Assembly: GCA_965200925.1 (NCBI GenBank)
Contig: OZ241738.1
Coordinates: forward strand, 585,774 to 649,773
DNA length: 64,000 nucleotides
Origin: Alphaproteobacteria bacterium
Lineage (GTDB): Bacteria; Pseudomonadota; Alphaproteobacteria; UBA828
Reading direction: 5' to 3'
Shown one piece after another: positions 48,116 to 57,981 of this stretch. Both the position numbers and the translations under genes were made by a program. The first letter of the stretch is position 1. The number at the start of each line of letters is the position of its first letter. Below the pieces are notes generated by a model. It was not told the DNA's origin and made no database searches. It saw only the letters and a list, made by a program, of their open reading frames with translations.

Positions 48116-48203
48116 GCCGCCGCTTCCGGCTTCTCCTGAGGCGCCCGGCGCAGCGCGTTCTTCCGCGAGGGCTGCACTCGCATGGAGTGGACCAAGACAA
48201 GAA

Positions 48204-48232
48204 CTTGACGGGGGGGGGGGGGGGTATAGAAA
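48204..48232 (+). promoter_or_regulatory. Putative autotransporter promoter with a homopolymeric spacer
   Basis: CTTGAC(G) lies at 48204-48210 and TATAGA at 48225-48230 (or TAGAAA at 48227-48232), and the whole spacer is G. It sits 55 nt upstream of the ATG at 48286, which has a GAGGTGAGG SD. Confidence 0.55.
48210..48224. repeat. G15 homopolymer
   Basis: Fifteen consecutive G read directly from the sequence (1 + 10 + 4 across the printed blocks). Confidence 0.95.
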
Positions 48233-48285
48233 ATCCCGATTCGGCGTGTCGAGTCGCGCGGGAGTTTGAGGTGAGGTATCCACCG

Positions 48286-51200
48286 ATGCACATCGAGGGG
48301 CGGACGGCTCGTATGTCGGGCCGGTTTTTTTGTGTGCTGGCGCTTCTGGCGACGGCGGTTCTTCTTGCGCCGGGCGAGGCGCGGGCGCAGACGCCGGCGG
48401 ACCCCCGGAATCAATGCGGGGCGCTCGTCTCGGGCGCGGCCACCTGTTCGAACCAAGCCTATGCCACCGGCATCCGCTACGACGAGAACGATGGCTGGCC
48501 CGGCGGCGTCGTCGGCCCCGTCACGCTCACCGTCACCGGCGGGATGGCGACGACGGTCTCCGCCCCGGCATCGCCCCCCAACGGCTGGACGGATGGCGCC
48601 ATCGTCATCCGCACCGCCGTCCAGGGGGCAGGCGACAGCACGTCGCGCGCCATCGCCCTCACGGTCGGCTCCGACGGCAACGCCGTGGCGATCACCGAAC
48701 ATGCCACCGAGACCAACCACGGCATCCTCGTCCATCAGTTCGGCAACGCCGCCGACGCGGCGACGGTGACGGTCGGCAGCGGCGTCACCATCGGCACGGC
48801 TTCCGCCCCGATGAAGCATTACGGCGTCACCGTGCTCGTGACCGAGAGCGGCAACACCGCCGACCACGGCATCGCCAGCGCCGCCACCATCCATTCCACG
48901 GGCTTCGGCCTGCTGATGGACGCCAGAGGCTCGGGCAGCACCACCGTCACCAACTCCGGCTCCATCACCACCGCGGCGACCGGTGGCACCGCCGGCCAGC
49001 AGTCCGGCATCCGCGTCCTGGACTGGAGCGGAGGCTTCGGCGACGACCGCGCCGCCGAAACCACCACCACCGTCACCAACTCCGGCTCCATCGCGGTGAG
49101 CGCCGCGCAAGCCCACGGCATCCACGTGGACGCCGACGGCCTGGGCCTCTACAGGACCGTCCACAGCGGCACCGTCTCGGCGTCGGGCGCCGGCGGCCAC
49201 GGCATCTACGTCCAGGCGAGCCGTCACGCCGGCGCCGCCGGCTCCGAGGCCGTCGCGGTCCAGAGCTCGGGCGTCATCACGGCCACCGGCGCGGGCGGCC
49301 ACGGCATCCTGGTCGACGCCTCCAGCGCCCCCGACCCCGGGAACGGCAACATCGCCGTCACCACCACCGGCGGCACCATCTCGGCCACCGGCGAAGGTGC
49401 CCTCGGCATCCTGGCCGCCAACGCCGGCGACGGCGCCATCACCGTCACCAACGCCGCCGCCATCGAGGCCGCCGCCGACGGCATCCATGTGGGCAAGAAC
49501 CCCGCCAACAAGGGCGCCATCCGCATCGTCAACACCGCCGCCATCGAGGCGAAGCGCTACGGCATCGTGGTCTGGCACGGGGGCCGCAGCGACGTCCGCA
49601 TCGAGAACAGCGGCGCCATCGCCCCGGCATCGGGCGCCAGCCCGGCGAGGGTCGGCATTCTCGCCGACCAGGCCGCCGCCGGCGACATCGTGATCGTGAA
49701 CGGCGCCGACGTCACCGGCAGGGAGCAGGGCATCTTCGCGCGCAATACGGAGGGCGGCACGGGCGGCGGCGGCGCCGTCACCGTCACCCACAGCGCGGGC
49801 GAAGTCAGCGGTGGGACGGGGGAAGGCATCCTCGCCGTGATCGGCCGATGGCGGGACGAGGACGGCGCCGAATCTCCCGCCCCCAACAGCACGGCGACCG
49901 TCAGGGTCGAGGTCACGGGTGGTTCGGTCAAGGCCTCGGAAACCCACAACAGGGTCGCCATCGCGGCGTTGAACCACGAGGGCGGCTCCGTCGAGGTGAG
50001 CGTCTCGCAAGGCGCCACGCTGACGGCGAGGCACAATGCCGGCATCTACGCCCAGCTGGCGGACCGCCAGAACACCGGCGGGCGCATCGCGATCACCCAG
50101 GCGGGGGCGATCACGGCCGAGAAGGGCATCTATGCCACCGTGCCCCGCGCCAGCGCGGCCGGCGAGACGCGCACCCAGCCGCTGATCGACGTCGCCTGGA
50201 CGGGAACCTTCACGCAGGCCGAGCGCGCCGCCGGCAGCTGGAACAACGTCGCCCACGCCATCGAAGGCGCGCAGGAGGGCCAGGCGGGCGCGGCCTTCCG
50301 CGGCGCGGCGGCATGGGCCGGCATCGACGCCGAAGTGCTGTCCTGGCGGGTGTTGAACCGGATCGCGACCACCGGCGACGACCCGGGCGAGATCGCCGAC
50401 GCCGCGGCCCAGGCGGCGCTGCTCGACACCGCCTCGACCGACGCGGCGGTGAAGGCGCGGGCGGAGGCGATCCTGACGCGCTTCCGCGCGGTGCTCACCG
50501 CCGGGGGGCCGGCCATTCCCGGCGCCGACGACATCGACGCCGACGGCGACGGCAGCTACTCCGACGCCGAGCTCACGGCGTATCTGAGCGCCGACAGCGA
50601 CGCCCGCAGGGTGTTGCTGCGCGACATTCTGGCGCGGAGTCTCTCGGCGGCGGAACAGGCGGTGCTGGAGGCGGTGGCGACGGGCGGCGACGTGAACGCC
50701 GCCCTCGACGACGCCAGCTTCTCCGCCGGCTACAAGGCGGCGGTGCGGGCGCTGCTGGACCGCTACAACGCGGGCGACATCCGCGTCGCCATGAACGCGG
50801 GTTCCATCGCCTCGAGCGGCGACGGCATCCGTGCCTGGTACGCGGCACCCCACGCCAGCAACGGCGCCATCGACGTGACCGTGGCCGGGGGTGCCAGCGT
50901 CACCGGTGGCAGGGCGGGCATCTATGCCGCCAACGCCGGCACCATTTCCGTCACCGTCGCCGCCGGCACCACCGTCAGCGGCGGCGAGGAGGGCATTTAT
51001 GCCGCCAACGCCGGCGGTATCGCCGTCACCGTCGCCGAGGGCGCCAGCGTCACCGGCGGCGAGGCGGGCATCTATGTCGCCAACGCCGGCGAGGGCCTGC
51101 GCATCGAGAAGAAATACACCTCCACGGCCATCCAGGACGCGAACGAGGAACTGGGCCCCGACGACCTCGTGACCCTTTCGGACCATCTCGATCAGGTGGT

Positions 51201-52797
51201 TCGGGTGCAGGGCACGGTGACGGGCGGGACGGACGCGGCCGTTCATCTCGACGGCGGCGGCGGGTTGATCGTCACCGGTGCCGGCAAGCTGGTGGCCGGT
51301 TCTTCGGGCCGTGCGGTGCTGGTGAACGATCCGGGGCCGGCGGTCATCTACATCGAGGGCGAGGTGACGGGCGGTGCTGGCCCGGAAGACAAGCCCGCGC
51401 CGGCGGCGGTGCGTCTGACCGGCGGCGGCAGCGTCACCGTCGGCCTCAACGGGCGGGTGCGGGCCAACGGTGCCGACAGCGCCATCCGGAGCGACAACGA
51501 GCCGACCGCGGTCTACATCGAGGGCGAGGCGACGGGCGACGAGGGCGCCACGGCGGCGGTGCATCTGACCGGCGGCGGCAGCGTCACCGTCGGCCTCAAC
51601 GGGCGGGTGCGGGCCAACGGCGCCGACAGCGCCATCCGGCGCGACAACGAGCCGACTGCGGTAGTGTTCCTCACCGACAGGACCGTCGGCGATCTGACCC
51701 GGGGCGGCGCCCGGGAGGTGCTGGCTCGGGTGGAGGGCGGAATCGTCGGCGACGGGGGCGGGGACAACGTCACCATCGCCGAGGTCCGGGACGGTGTCAC
51801 CACCGGTCACGAGAGAAAGAACCTGCCCGTGGGCGACGACGGCAACGTGGTGCTCGACGAGCTTCCGCCCGACACCTTCAGTTGCGACAGGGCGATGGAC
51901 GGCCGCTGCCGGCTGTACGAGGCGCTGCCTTCGGTGCTGCTGTCGATGAACGGCCTAGCGACCCGGGCGGACCGCCTGTCGGCGGCGCAGGACGGGCACG
52001 GCGGCTGGGCGCGGGTGGAGACCGCGCGTGGCGAGTGGAAGGCGGACAGTTCGACGCAGCCGGGCATCGCCTACGACCATTCCCGTCACGGGGTGCGCGC
52101 CGGCGTGGATTTCCCGGTGGACGAGAGCAGCCGCCTCGGCGCGTCGGTGCACGGCCTTCAAGGTTCGGCGAAGATGTGGGCGACGGCCGCGGGCCAGCAG
52201 GGCGAGGTCGAGCTTTCGGGCATGGGCGTGGGCGTGAACGCCACGACGATGGCTGACGATGTCTATCTCGACGCCCAGGCGACGGTGACGTGGTACGAAG
52301 CGGATCTCACGTCATCGACCCACGCCGCCCCACTGAAGGACAGGGTCAAGGGTCTGGGCTGGGCGCTGGGCGTTGAGGTTGGGCATCGTATGCCGTTGGG
52401 GGGCGGTGCGTTTGTGATGCCGCGTGCCGGTCTGGTGTGGTCGGAGGTGACGCTCGACGACTTCACGGACGAGGTGGGCAGCGGCGCGCGTGTGTCGGTT
52501 GAGGACGCGCGGAGCATGACGGGCCGCGCGGGATTGAGGGTTGAGGCTCCTGTGGGGTCAGGGGTGCTTCTGCATAGCTCGTTGGATGCGGTGCACGAGT
52601 TTTCGGAAGAGACGAGCACGTCGGTGTCGGATACGTTGCTGACGTCGTCTGTTGCGTCGACGTCGGTTCGTGTTGGCGTGGGCGGCGCGTTTGTTCTGGG
52701 TGAGAACACGTCGCTGCGTGCGGCGGCTGACTACACGGCGGGGGGCAGCGACATCCGCGCCTGGGGCGGCAGCCTGAACCTCGCCGTGCGCTTCTGA
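48286..52797 (+). CDS. Autotransporter (type Va) with a repetitive beta-helical passenger and C-terminal beta-barrel (1503 aa)
   Basis: Signal peptide MHIEGRTARMSGRFFCVLALLATAVLLAPGEARA. The passenger is Gly/Ala/Thr-rich with repeated GGHGI and GIYAANAG motifs. The C-terminal ~270 aa have alternating-residue barrel strands ending in LNLAVRF. The upstream 600 aa of the 2107-aa track ORF are an out-of-frame readthrough of the MATE gene. Confidence 0.9.
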   Translation: MHIEGRTARMSGRFFCVLALLATAVLLAPGEARAQTPADPRNQCGALVSGAATCSNQAYATGIRYDENDGWPGGVVGPVTLTVTGGMATTVSAPASPPNGWTDGAIVIRTAVQGAGDSTSRAIALTVGSDGNAVAITEHATETNHGILVHQFGNAADAATVTVGSGVTIGTASAPMKHYGVTVLVTESGNTADHGIASAATIHSTGFGLLMDARGSGSTTVTNSGSITTAATGGTAGQQSGIRVLDWSGGFGDDRAAETTTTVTNSGSIAVSAAQAHGIHVDADGLGLYRTVHSGTVSASGAGGHGIYVQASRHAGAAGSEAVAVQSSGVITATGAGGHGILVDASSAPDPGNGNIAVTTTGGTISATGEGALGILAANAGDGAITVTNAAAIEAAADGIHVGKNPANKGAIRIVNTAAIEAKRYGIVVWHGGRSDVRIENSGAIAPASGASPARVGILADQAAAGDIVIVNGADVTGREQGIFARNTEGGTGGGGAVTVTHSAGEVSGGTGEGILAVIGRWRDEDGAESPAPNSTATVRVEVTGGSVKASETHNRVAIAALNHEGGSVEVSVSQGATLTARHNAGIYAQLADRQNTGGRIAITQAGAITAEKGIYATVPRASAAGETRTQPLIDVAWTGTFTQAERAAGSWNNVAHAIEGAQEGQAGAAFRGAAAWAGIDAEVLSWRVLNRIATTGDDPGEIADAAAQAALLDTASTDAAVKARAEAILTRFRAVLTAGGPAIPGADDIDADGDGSYSDAELTAYLSADSDARRVLLRDILARSLSAAEQAVLEAVATGGDVNAALDDASFSAGYKAAVRALLDRYNAGDIRVAMNAGSIASSGDGIRAWYAAPHASNGAIDVTVAGGASVTGGRAGIYAANAGTISVTVAAGTTVSGGEEGIYAANAGGIAVTVAEGASVTGGEAGIYVANAGEGLRIEKKYTSTAIQDANEELGPDDLVTLSDHLDQVVRVQGTVTGGTDAAVHLDGGGGLIVTGAGKLVAGSSGRAVLVNDPGPAVIYIEGEVTGGAGPEDKPAPAAVRLTGGGSVTVGLNGRVRANGADSAIRSDNEPTAVYIEGEATGDEGATAAVHLTGGGSVTVGLNGRVRANGADSAIRRDNEPTAVVFLTDRTVGDLTRGGAREVLARVEGGIVGDGGGDNVTIAEVRDGVTTGHERKNLPVGDDGNVVLDELPPDTFSCDRAMDGRCRLYEALPSVLLSMNGLATRADRLSAAQDGHGGWARVETARGEWKADSSTQPGIAYDHSRHGVRAGVDFPVDESSRLGASVHGLQGSAKMWATAAGQQGEVELSGMGVGVNATTMADDVYLDAQATVTWYEADLTSSTHAAPLKDRVKGLGWALGVEVGHRMPLGGGAFVMPRAGLVWSEVTLDDFTDEVGSGARVSVEDARSMTGRAGLRVEAPVGSGVLLHSSLDAVHEFSEETSTSVSDTLLTSSVASTSVRVGVGGAFVLGENTSLRAAADYTAGGSDIRAWGGSLNLAVRF
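50891..51093. repeat. 75-bp coding tandem repeat, ~2.7 copies, in the passenger domain
   Basis: The tat of GIYAANAG recurs at 50923, 50998 and 51073. The unit is GG(E/R)xGIYAANAG.I.VTVA.G..V.G. Confidence 0.8.
51343..51662. repeat. 150-bp coding tandem repeat, ~2.1 copies, in the passenger domain
   Basis: The ~112-nt block cggcggcggtgc.tctgaccggcggcggcagcgtcaccgtcggcctcaacgggcgggtgcgggccaacgg... occurs at 51401 and 51551 with only a few mismatches. The unit is LTGGGSVTVGLNGRVRANGADSAIR.DNEPTAV. Confidence 0.85.
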
Positions 52798-53094
52798 CCG
52801 CTCCCGGGAGTTGCGGGCCTCCGGGTCCGCGTTCTTTCCCTCCCGCCTCCTGCGCGCGCAGGCGCGCAAGGCCGGCCTGCTGGCGGTGGCCCTCGGCAAG
52901 CACGGGGGCATCGGAATCGACCGCGCCGCAGCCGCCACGCTCATCCACCGGCTGAACCTGCCGGCCACACCCGCGCCTTGCTCTTCAACACCGACGGTAC
53001 GCTGGCGGCGCCCGTCCGCACGACCGCCCGGGCAGCGGGACGAGATCGGTGCCTCCCGGTAAGGCCGCCTGGTGGTGCCCGGTCGGTGCGCGGG

Positions 53095-53718
53095 TCAGTG
53101 CGGGCGCCAGTCGAAGGGGGCGAAATGGCCGTTGTGGCCGCCGGTCGCGTCGTCCCAGTCGATGCCGAAGGCGTGGAGGTGGCTGTGCGTGCCCCTGGCG
53201 AGGGCGAGCCGCTTGTTCGCCGGGTGCCCCGTATCGTCGATGTGGATCGGCCGCGCCGGGTCGGGCAGGCTGGGGACGCCTTCCGCCCCGTGGCGCAGCA
53301 GACCGCCGGCGGTGATCGAGAAGCCCATCGGCCGCCGCTCGATCGCGATCGGCGCCCGCTCGATGCCGGCGAAGGTGTCGATCAGCGGTGCCATCAGCGC
53401 CATCGGCCCGCCCTCCTCGCCGGAGCAGATGCGGCCGATGGCCTCGACCTGCGCATCACTCGCCTCGTCGTCGACGATCAGGCCGGCCGTCCAGCCGCCG
53501 TCGGCCATGGCCCCTTCGACCATCGCCGCGGTGACGAAGGCGACGCCATCGAGCCGGACGTCGCCGTAATGCCCCTCCGCCACGTCCATCACGATCGCGA
53601 CCTTGCAGACGCCGTCGGTCGGCATGGCGGTCATGTTGGTGTAGATGCAGGGGCAGAGGTAATCGCAGCTGCAGGTCTCGAAGTAGTCGCCCTTGATGCG
53701 CCAGTCCGTCCCGCTCAT
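53095..53718 (-). CDS. DUF1326 domain-containing protein
   Basis: 207 aa. The N-terminal WRIKGDYFETCSCDYLCPC matches the DUF1326 signature. Confidence 0.85.
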   Translation of the reverse strand: MSGTDWRIKGDYFETCSCDYLCPCIYTNMTAMPTDGVCKVAIVMDVAEGHYGDVRLDGVAFVTAAMVEGAMADGGWTAGLIVDDEASDAQVEAIGRICSGEEGGPMALMAPLIDTFAGIERAPIAIERRPMGFSITAGGLLRHGAEGVPSLPDPARPIHIDDTGHPANKRLALARGTHSHLHAFGIDWDDATGGHNGHFAPFDWRPH

Positions 53719-53772
53719 GGCCCGGTCCTCCTGCCGCGAACGCCGCGCCCCGAGCGTAGCACGGAACGGCGG

Positions 53773-54207
53773 CTATCGGAGAAGGCCGAGTTCGCGGAGT
53801 TCCGCGGCCATCTCCGGCGGACACGCTTCCTCCGGCGGCCCGCCGGCGCCGACTGGGCCGAGATCGCGCGGCGCATCGGCGTCCTCCAGATAGCGCCAGC
53901 CCTGATGCGGGCGCCGTCGCACTGGATCGGTCGCGACCAGTTCGGGATCCAGCACGATCGCGCATTTGGCCTTGCCGGCGGCGGTGCTCTCGTGCCGGTC
54001 GAAGCGGAGGATGCGCTGGCGCACGCGGATGCGGTGCTTGATCACCCAGTAGAGCGAGCCGCCGTCCAGGACCTCCCCCGCGCGGCGCGGCGTGAAGCGG
54101 GTGACGTGCACCAGACGGCCCGCGCGCTGCAACCGCGCCGCCTGGACCGTCCGCAGATGGTCCACGCCCTCGATGCCGACGGCGAGCTTCAGGAGGTGCA
54201 GCGGCAC
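53773..54207 (-). CDS. DUF1489 family protein
   Basis: 144 aa. MPLHLLKLAVGIEGVDHL...GGSLYWVIK matches the conserved DUF1489 N-terminus. Confidence 0.8.
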   Translation of the reverse strand: MPLHLLKLAVGIEGVDHLRTVQAARLQRAGRLVHVTRFTPRRAGEVLDGGSLYWVIKHRIRVRQRILRFDRHESTAAGKAKCAIVLDPELVATDPVRRRPHQGWRYLEDADAPRDLGPVGAGGPPEEACPPEMAAELRELGLLR

Positions 54208-54229
54208 GGTGCCTCCGCTCCGTGCGCGG

Positions 54230-55015
54230 TCACGCGCGCCATCGGGGCGGGCGCTTCTCGAGGAAGGCGGCGATGCCTTCCCGTCCGTCCTCCGAGGCGC
54301 GCGCCTCGGCGATGCGCCGGGCCGTATCGCCGGCCAGGGCCTCGTCGATCGGCTTGCCGGACACGGCGCGGACCAGCGCCTTGGCGCGGCGATGGGCGGC
54401 GGGCGCGCCGCGCAGCAGCATCGCGGCGACCGCCTCGCTCCGTTCGGCGAGCGCCCCGGCGGGGACGACCTCGTGCACCAGGCCGATGCGGGCGGCCGTC
54501 CCGGCGTCGAAGCGCGCGCCGGTCAGGATGAAGCGCCGGCTTTGAGACTCGCCGATCGCCCTGATCACGAACGGCGCGATCACGGCCGGGATCAGGCCGA
54601 GGCGCACTTCGGTCAGCGCGAAGGAGGCGGTCTCGGCCGCCAATGCCACGTCGCAGGCGGCGACCAGCCCGACGCCGCCGCCATAGGCCGGCCCGTGAAC
54701 GCGCGCCACGGTCGGTTGCGGCAGCCGGTCGAGCGCGAAGAGGAGGCGCGCCAGCGCCCGTGCGTCCTCTTCGTTCTCCGCCGGGGAGAACTCGGCGCAT
54801 CGCTTCATGTAGGCCAGGTCGGCGCCGGCGCAGAGGGATTCGCCCTGCCCGGCGAGCACGACGACGCGGACGTCGCGGCGGCGGCCGATGTCGTCGAAGG
54901 CCCGGGTCAGGAGGCCGATCGTCGCGTCGTCGAAGGCGTTGTGGACCCGCGGCCGGTTCAGCGTGACCGTGGCGACGGCCCGCTCGACGGAGAGAAGGAC
55001 GCTTTCCTCCGCCAC
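54230..55015 (-). CDS. Enoyl-CoA hydratase/isomerase family (methylglutaconyl-CoA hydratase-like)
   Basis: 261 aa with a crotonase fold (LNRPRVHNAFD, CAGADL, GGGVGLVAACD), immediately downstream of the carboxyltransferase gene. Confidence 0.9.
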   Translation of the reverse strand: MAEESVLLSVERAVATVTLNRPRVHNAFDDATIGLLTRAFDDIGRRRDVRVVVLAGQGESLCAGADLAYMKRCAEFSPAENEEDARALARLLFALDRLPQPTVARVHGPAYGGGVGLVAACDVALAAETASFALTEVRLGLIPAVIAPFVIRAIGESQSRRFILTGARFDAGTAARIGLVHEVVPAGALAERSEAVAAMLLRGAPAAHRRAKALVRAVSGKPIDEALAGDTARRIAEARASEDGREGIAAFLEKRPPRWRA

Positions 55016-55019
55016 GCCG

Positions 55020-56624
55020 TCACATCCGGAAAACGCCGAATCGCGTCGGCGCGTCCGGGCCTTCGGCGGCCACCGCGAGGCACCGCGCCAGCACCGTTCG
55101 CGTCTCCGCCGGGTCGATCACCCCGTCGTGCCAGAGGCGCGCCGCGGCGTAAAAGGGATGCCCCTGCGCCTCGTACTGGGCAAGGATCGGCGCCTTGAAG
55201 GACTCTTCCTCCGCCTCGGTCCATTCCTTGCCCTCCGCTTGCGCGCGGTCGCGGCGGACGCGGGCGAGCACGCCCGCCGCCTGCGCGCCGCCCATCACCG
55301 AGATGCGGGCGTTGGGCCACATCCAGAGGAAGCGCGGGCCGAAGGCGCGCCCGCACATGCCGTAATTGCCGGCGCCGAAACTGCCGCCCGTGATCACGGT
55401 GAGCTTCGGCACTTCGGCGCAGGAGACGGCGGCGACGAGCTTGGCGCCGTCCTTGGCGATGCCGCCCCGTTCGTAGCGCTTGCCGACCATGAAGCCGACG
55501 ACGTTCTGGAGGAAGAGCAGCGGGATGCCGCGCTGGCAGCAGAGCGCGACGAAATGCGCGCCCTTGAGCGCCGATTCCGAGAACAGGATGCCGTTGTTGG
55601 CGAGGATGCCGACGAGATGCCCGCCGATGCGCGCGAAGCCCGTGACGAGCGTGGTTCCATAGCGCGCCTTGAACTCGTCGAAGCGGCTGCCGTCCACGAT
55701 CCGCGCCACGATCTCGCGCGGGTCGCAGGCCTTGCGCAGGGACTGCGGCACGATCCCGTAGAGGCCGGCCGGATCGCAGGCCGGCGCTTCGGCCGGAACG
55801 GGCGGCGGCGGCAGCGGCGGCCGGCCCAACCGAGCCACGATGGCGCGGGCGCGGGCGATGGCGTCCGCGTCGTCCGCAGCCAGATGGTCGGCGACGCCGG
55901 AGAGCCGCGTATGCACGTCACCGCCGCCGAGCGCCTCGGCGCTCACCTCCTCCCCGGTCGCCGCCTTGACCAGGGGCGGGCCGCCCAGGAAGATCGTCCC
56001 CTGATTCTTGACGATGATCGCCTCGTCGGACATCGCCGGGACGTAGGCGCCGCCCGCGGTGCAGGAGCCCATCACCACGGCGATCTGCGGGATTCCCTTC
56101 GCCGACATGCGTGCCTGGTTGTAGAAGATGCGGCCGAAATGCTCGCGGTCGGGGAAGACCTCGTCCTGGTGCGGCAGGTTCGCCCCGCCGGAGTCCACCA
56201 GATAGAGACAGGGAAGCCGGTTCTCCTCCGCGATCTCCTGGGCGCGGAGATGCTTCTTGACGGTCATCGGGTAATAGGTGCCGCCCTTGACCGTCGCGTC
56301 GTTGGCGACGACGACGCAGTCGCGCCCCTCGATCCGGGCGATCCCGGTGACGATGCCGGCGGCCGGGATTTCCTCACCGTAGATCCCGTGGGCGGCGAGC
56401 GGCGACAGTTCCAGGACGTCGGAGTCCGGGTCGATCAGCGCCGCCAGCCGCTCGCGCGGCAGCATCTTGCCCCGCGCCCGGTGCCTCTCGCGCGCCGCCG
56501 CCGGGCCGCCTTCCCGCGCCCGCGCGTGGCGCCCGTCCAAGTCTGCGACCAGCGCCCGCATCGCCGCCTCGTTGTCCTTGAATTCGTCCGAGGCGGGATC
56601 GACCCGCGAGCGCAGAACCTCCAT
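55020..56624 (-). CDS. Acyl-CoA carboxylase carboxyltransferase (beta) subunit, methylcrotonoyl-CoA carboxylase-like
   Basis: From [10 protein letters not shown]. Contains [24 protein letters not shown] and [13 protein letters not shown]. 534 aa. Confidence 0.9.
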   Translation of the reverse strand: MEVLRSRVDPASDEFKDNEAAMRALVADLDGRHARAREGGPAAARERHRARGKMLPRERLAALIDPDSDVLELSPLAAHGIYGEEIPAAGIVTGIARIEGRDCVVVANDATVKGGTYYPMTVKKHLRAQEIAEENRLPCLYLVDSGGANLPHQDEVFPDREHFGRIFYNQARMSAKGIPQIAVVMGSCTAGGAYVPAMSDEAIIVKNQGTIFLGGPPLVKAATGEEVSAEALGGGDVHTRLSGVADHLAADDADAIARARAIVARLGRPPLPPPPVPAEAPACDPAGLYGIVPQSLRKACDPREIVARIVDGSRFDEFKARYGTTLVTGFARIGGHLVGILANNGILFSESALKGAHFVALCCQRGIPLLFLQNVVGFMVGKRYERGGIAKDGAKLVAAVSCAEVPKLTVITGGSFGAGNYGMCGRAFGPRFLWMWPNARISVMGGAQAAGVLARVRRDRAQAEGKEWTEAEEESFKAPILAQYEAQGHPFYAAARLWHDGVIDPAETRTVLARCLAVAAEGPDAPTRFGVFRM

Positions 56625-56728
56625 CGACTCCTCTCCGGCCGGTGCCGACAGCCTACAGGGCACTGCCCGCGATGCAACGGCCGGTGCCTGCTATGCTGCG
56701 CGCCCCGCCGATACCGAGGAGCGCCGCC

Positions 56729-57706
56729 ATGCCCTTGCCGACACGGGCCGCGTTCGAGGACGCCGCCGCGTTCGTCCACGGGATTCTCGACCCGACGCCG
56801 CAGATCGCCTGGCCCCTTCTGGCCGAGCGGACCGGCGCTAAAGTCTGGGTCAAGCACGAGAACCACACGCCCATCGGCGCCTTCAAGGTGCGGGGCGGCC
56901 TCGTCTTCCTGGACGACCTGCACCGGCATGGCCCGGTCAAGGGGGTGGTCGGCGCGACGCGGGGCAATCACGGCCAGAGCGTCGCCTTCGCCGCCGCCCG
57001 CCTCGGCATCGCCGCGACCCTGGTGGTGCCGGAAGGCAACGCCGCCGGGAAGAACGCCGCGATGCGCGGCTTCGGCGCCGACCTGGTGGTCCACGGAAGC
57101 GATTTCGAGGCCGCGCTGGAGCGCGCGCGCGCGCTGGCGGCGGACGAGGGACTCGTCTTCGTGCCCTCCTTCGACATGCGCCTGGTGTGCGGGGTGGGGA
57201 GCTACGCGCTGGAACTGTTCACGGCCGTGCCCGACCTGGATGCGGTCTATGCGCCGGTCGGGCTGGGCTCCGGCCTCTGCGGGCTGATGGGGGTGCGCGA
57301 CGCCCTCGGCCTCCGGACGGAGATCGTGGGCGTCGTCGCCGAAGGCGCCCCCTGCTATGCGCTCAGCGTCGAGGCCGGGCGGCCGGTCTCGACCAACCGC
57401 TCGGCGACCGAGGTGGGCGACGGGATCGCCACCCGGGTGCCGGCGCCCGAGGCCCTGGAGGCGATCCTCGCCGGTTGCGCCCGGATCGTCACCGTCTCCG
57501 ACGATGAGATGCTCGACGCCATGGCCGCCTACCACGTCGACACCCACAATCTCGCCGAGGGCGCCGGCGCCGCCCCGCTCGCCGCCCTGCTGAAGGAGCG
57601 CGCCGCCATGGCCGGCCGGAAGGTCGGGCTGATCCTCACCGGCGGCAACGTCGACCCCGCCCTCTACGAACGGGCCCTGGCGCGGTTGCCCGGCGCCGAC
57701 ACTTGA
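56729..57706 (+). CDS. PLP-dependent threonine/serine dehydratase family enzyme
   Basis: From MPLPTRAAFEDA. Contains the Lys motif HENHTPIGAFKVRGG and GATRGNHGQSVA. 325 aa. Confidence 0.85.
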   Translation: MPLPTRAAFEDAAAFVHGILDPTPQIAWPLLAERTGAKVWVKHENHTPIGAFKVRGGLVFLDDLHRHGPVKGVVGATRGNHGQSVAFAAARLGIAATLVVPEGNAAGKNAAMRGFGADLVVHGSDFEAALERARALAADEGLVFVPSFDMRLVCGVGSYALELFTAVPDLDAVYAPVGLGSGLCGLMGVRDALGLRTEIVGVVAEGAPCYALSVEAGRPVSTNRSATEVGDGIATRVPAPEALEAILAGCARIVTVSDDEMLDAMAAYHVDTHNLAEGAGAAPLAALLKERAAMAGRKVGLILTGGNVDPALYERALARLPGADT

Positions 57707-57708
57707 GG

Positions 57709-57782
57709 TGCGCGGGTCTCGTCGCGCACGAAGTGCGCGCTTTCCGGCGCGACGCCTGCATTCGCGCGAAGCGCGAACCTTT
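57709..57782. repeat. Left copy of the ~74-bp direct repeat flanking the brnTA remnant
   Basis: tgcgcgggtctcgtcgcgcacgaagtgcgcgc ... cgcgaaccttt. The first 32 nt match 58318-58349 at 30/32, the last 11 nt are identical, and the internal spacing is identical (63 nt). Confidence 0.7.
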
Positions 57783-57981
57783 AGCTCTTGCTCGGCGCTC
57801 TGAAATGGGCGAGCACGGAGCGCTTGGCGTGCCGGGTGATCGGCTCGGTGCGGTCCGGTTCGATGAGGTTCGCTTGCCGCCAGAAGGCGTCGTCCATCTC
57901 GGGAACGTCGCTGAAATCGATACTCTCGTCCTTGACGGCTGCGATTTCTGCGGGGGTGAGGGGCCTATCGTGTCCGCTCAT
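57781..57981 (-). CDS. BrnA-like antitoxin, probably C-terminally truncated (66 aa)
   Basis: IDFSDVPEMDDAFWRQANLIEPDRTEPITRHAKRSVLAHFRA matches the BrnA/DUF4415 core. It ends before the usual C-terminal ribbon-helix-helix-like segment. Confidence 0.6.
   Translation of the reverse strand: MSGHDRPLTPAEIAAVKDESIDFSDVPEMDDAFWRQANLIEPDRTEPITRHAKRSVLAHFRAPSKS

Noticed and set aside
46474-48285. N-terminal ~600 aa of the 2107-aa ORF 46474..52797
   Set aside because: This part is an out-of-frame readthrough across the MATE transporter gene and gives low-complexity Arg/Gly/Pro sequence. The autotransporter signal peptide, SD and promoter-like elements place the real start at 48286.
48300-52800. Repetitive DNA that might suggest a CRISPR array or satellite
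   Set aside because: The repeats are in frame and of unequal period (75 and 150 bp). They encode beta-helix passenger motifs of the autotransporter. There is no repeat-spacer architecture and there are no cas genes.
52798-53094. 83-aa ORF 52811..53062 in the gap after the autotransporter
   Set aside because: It has no SD or recognisable motif and its composition is like non-coding high-GC DNA. I left it unannotated.
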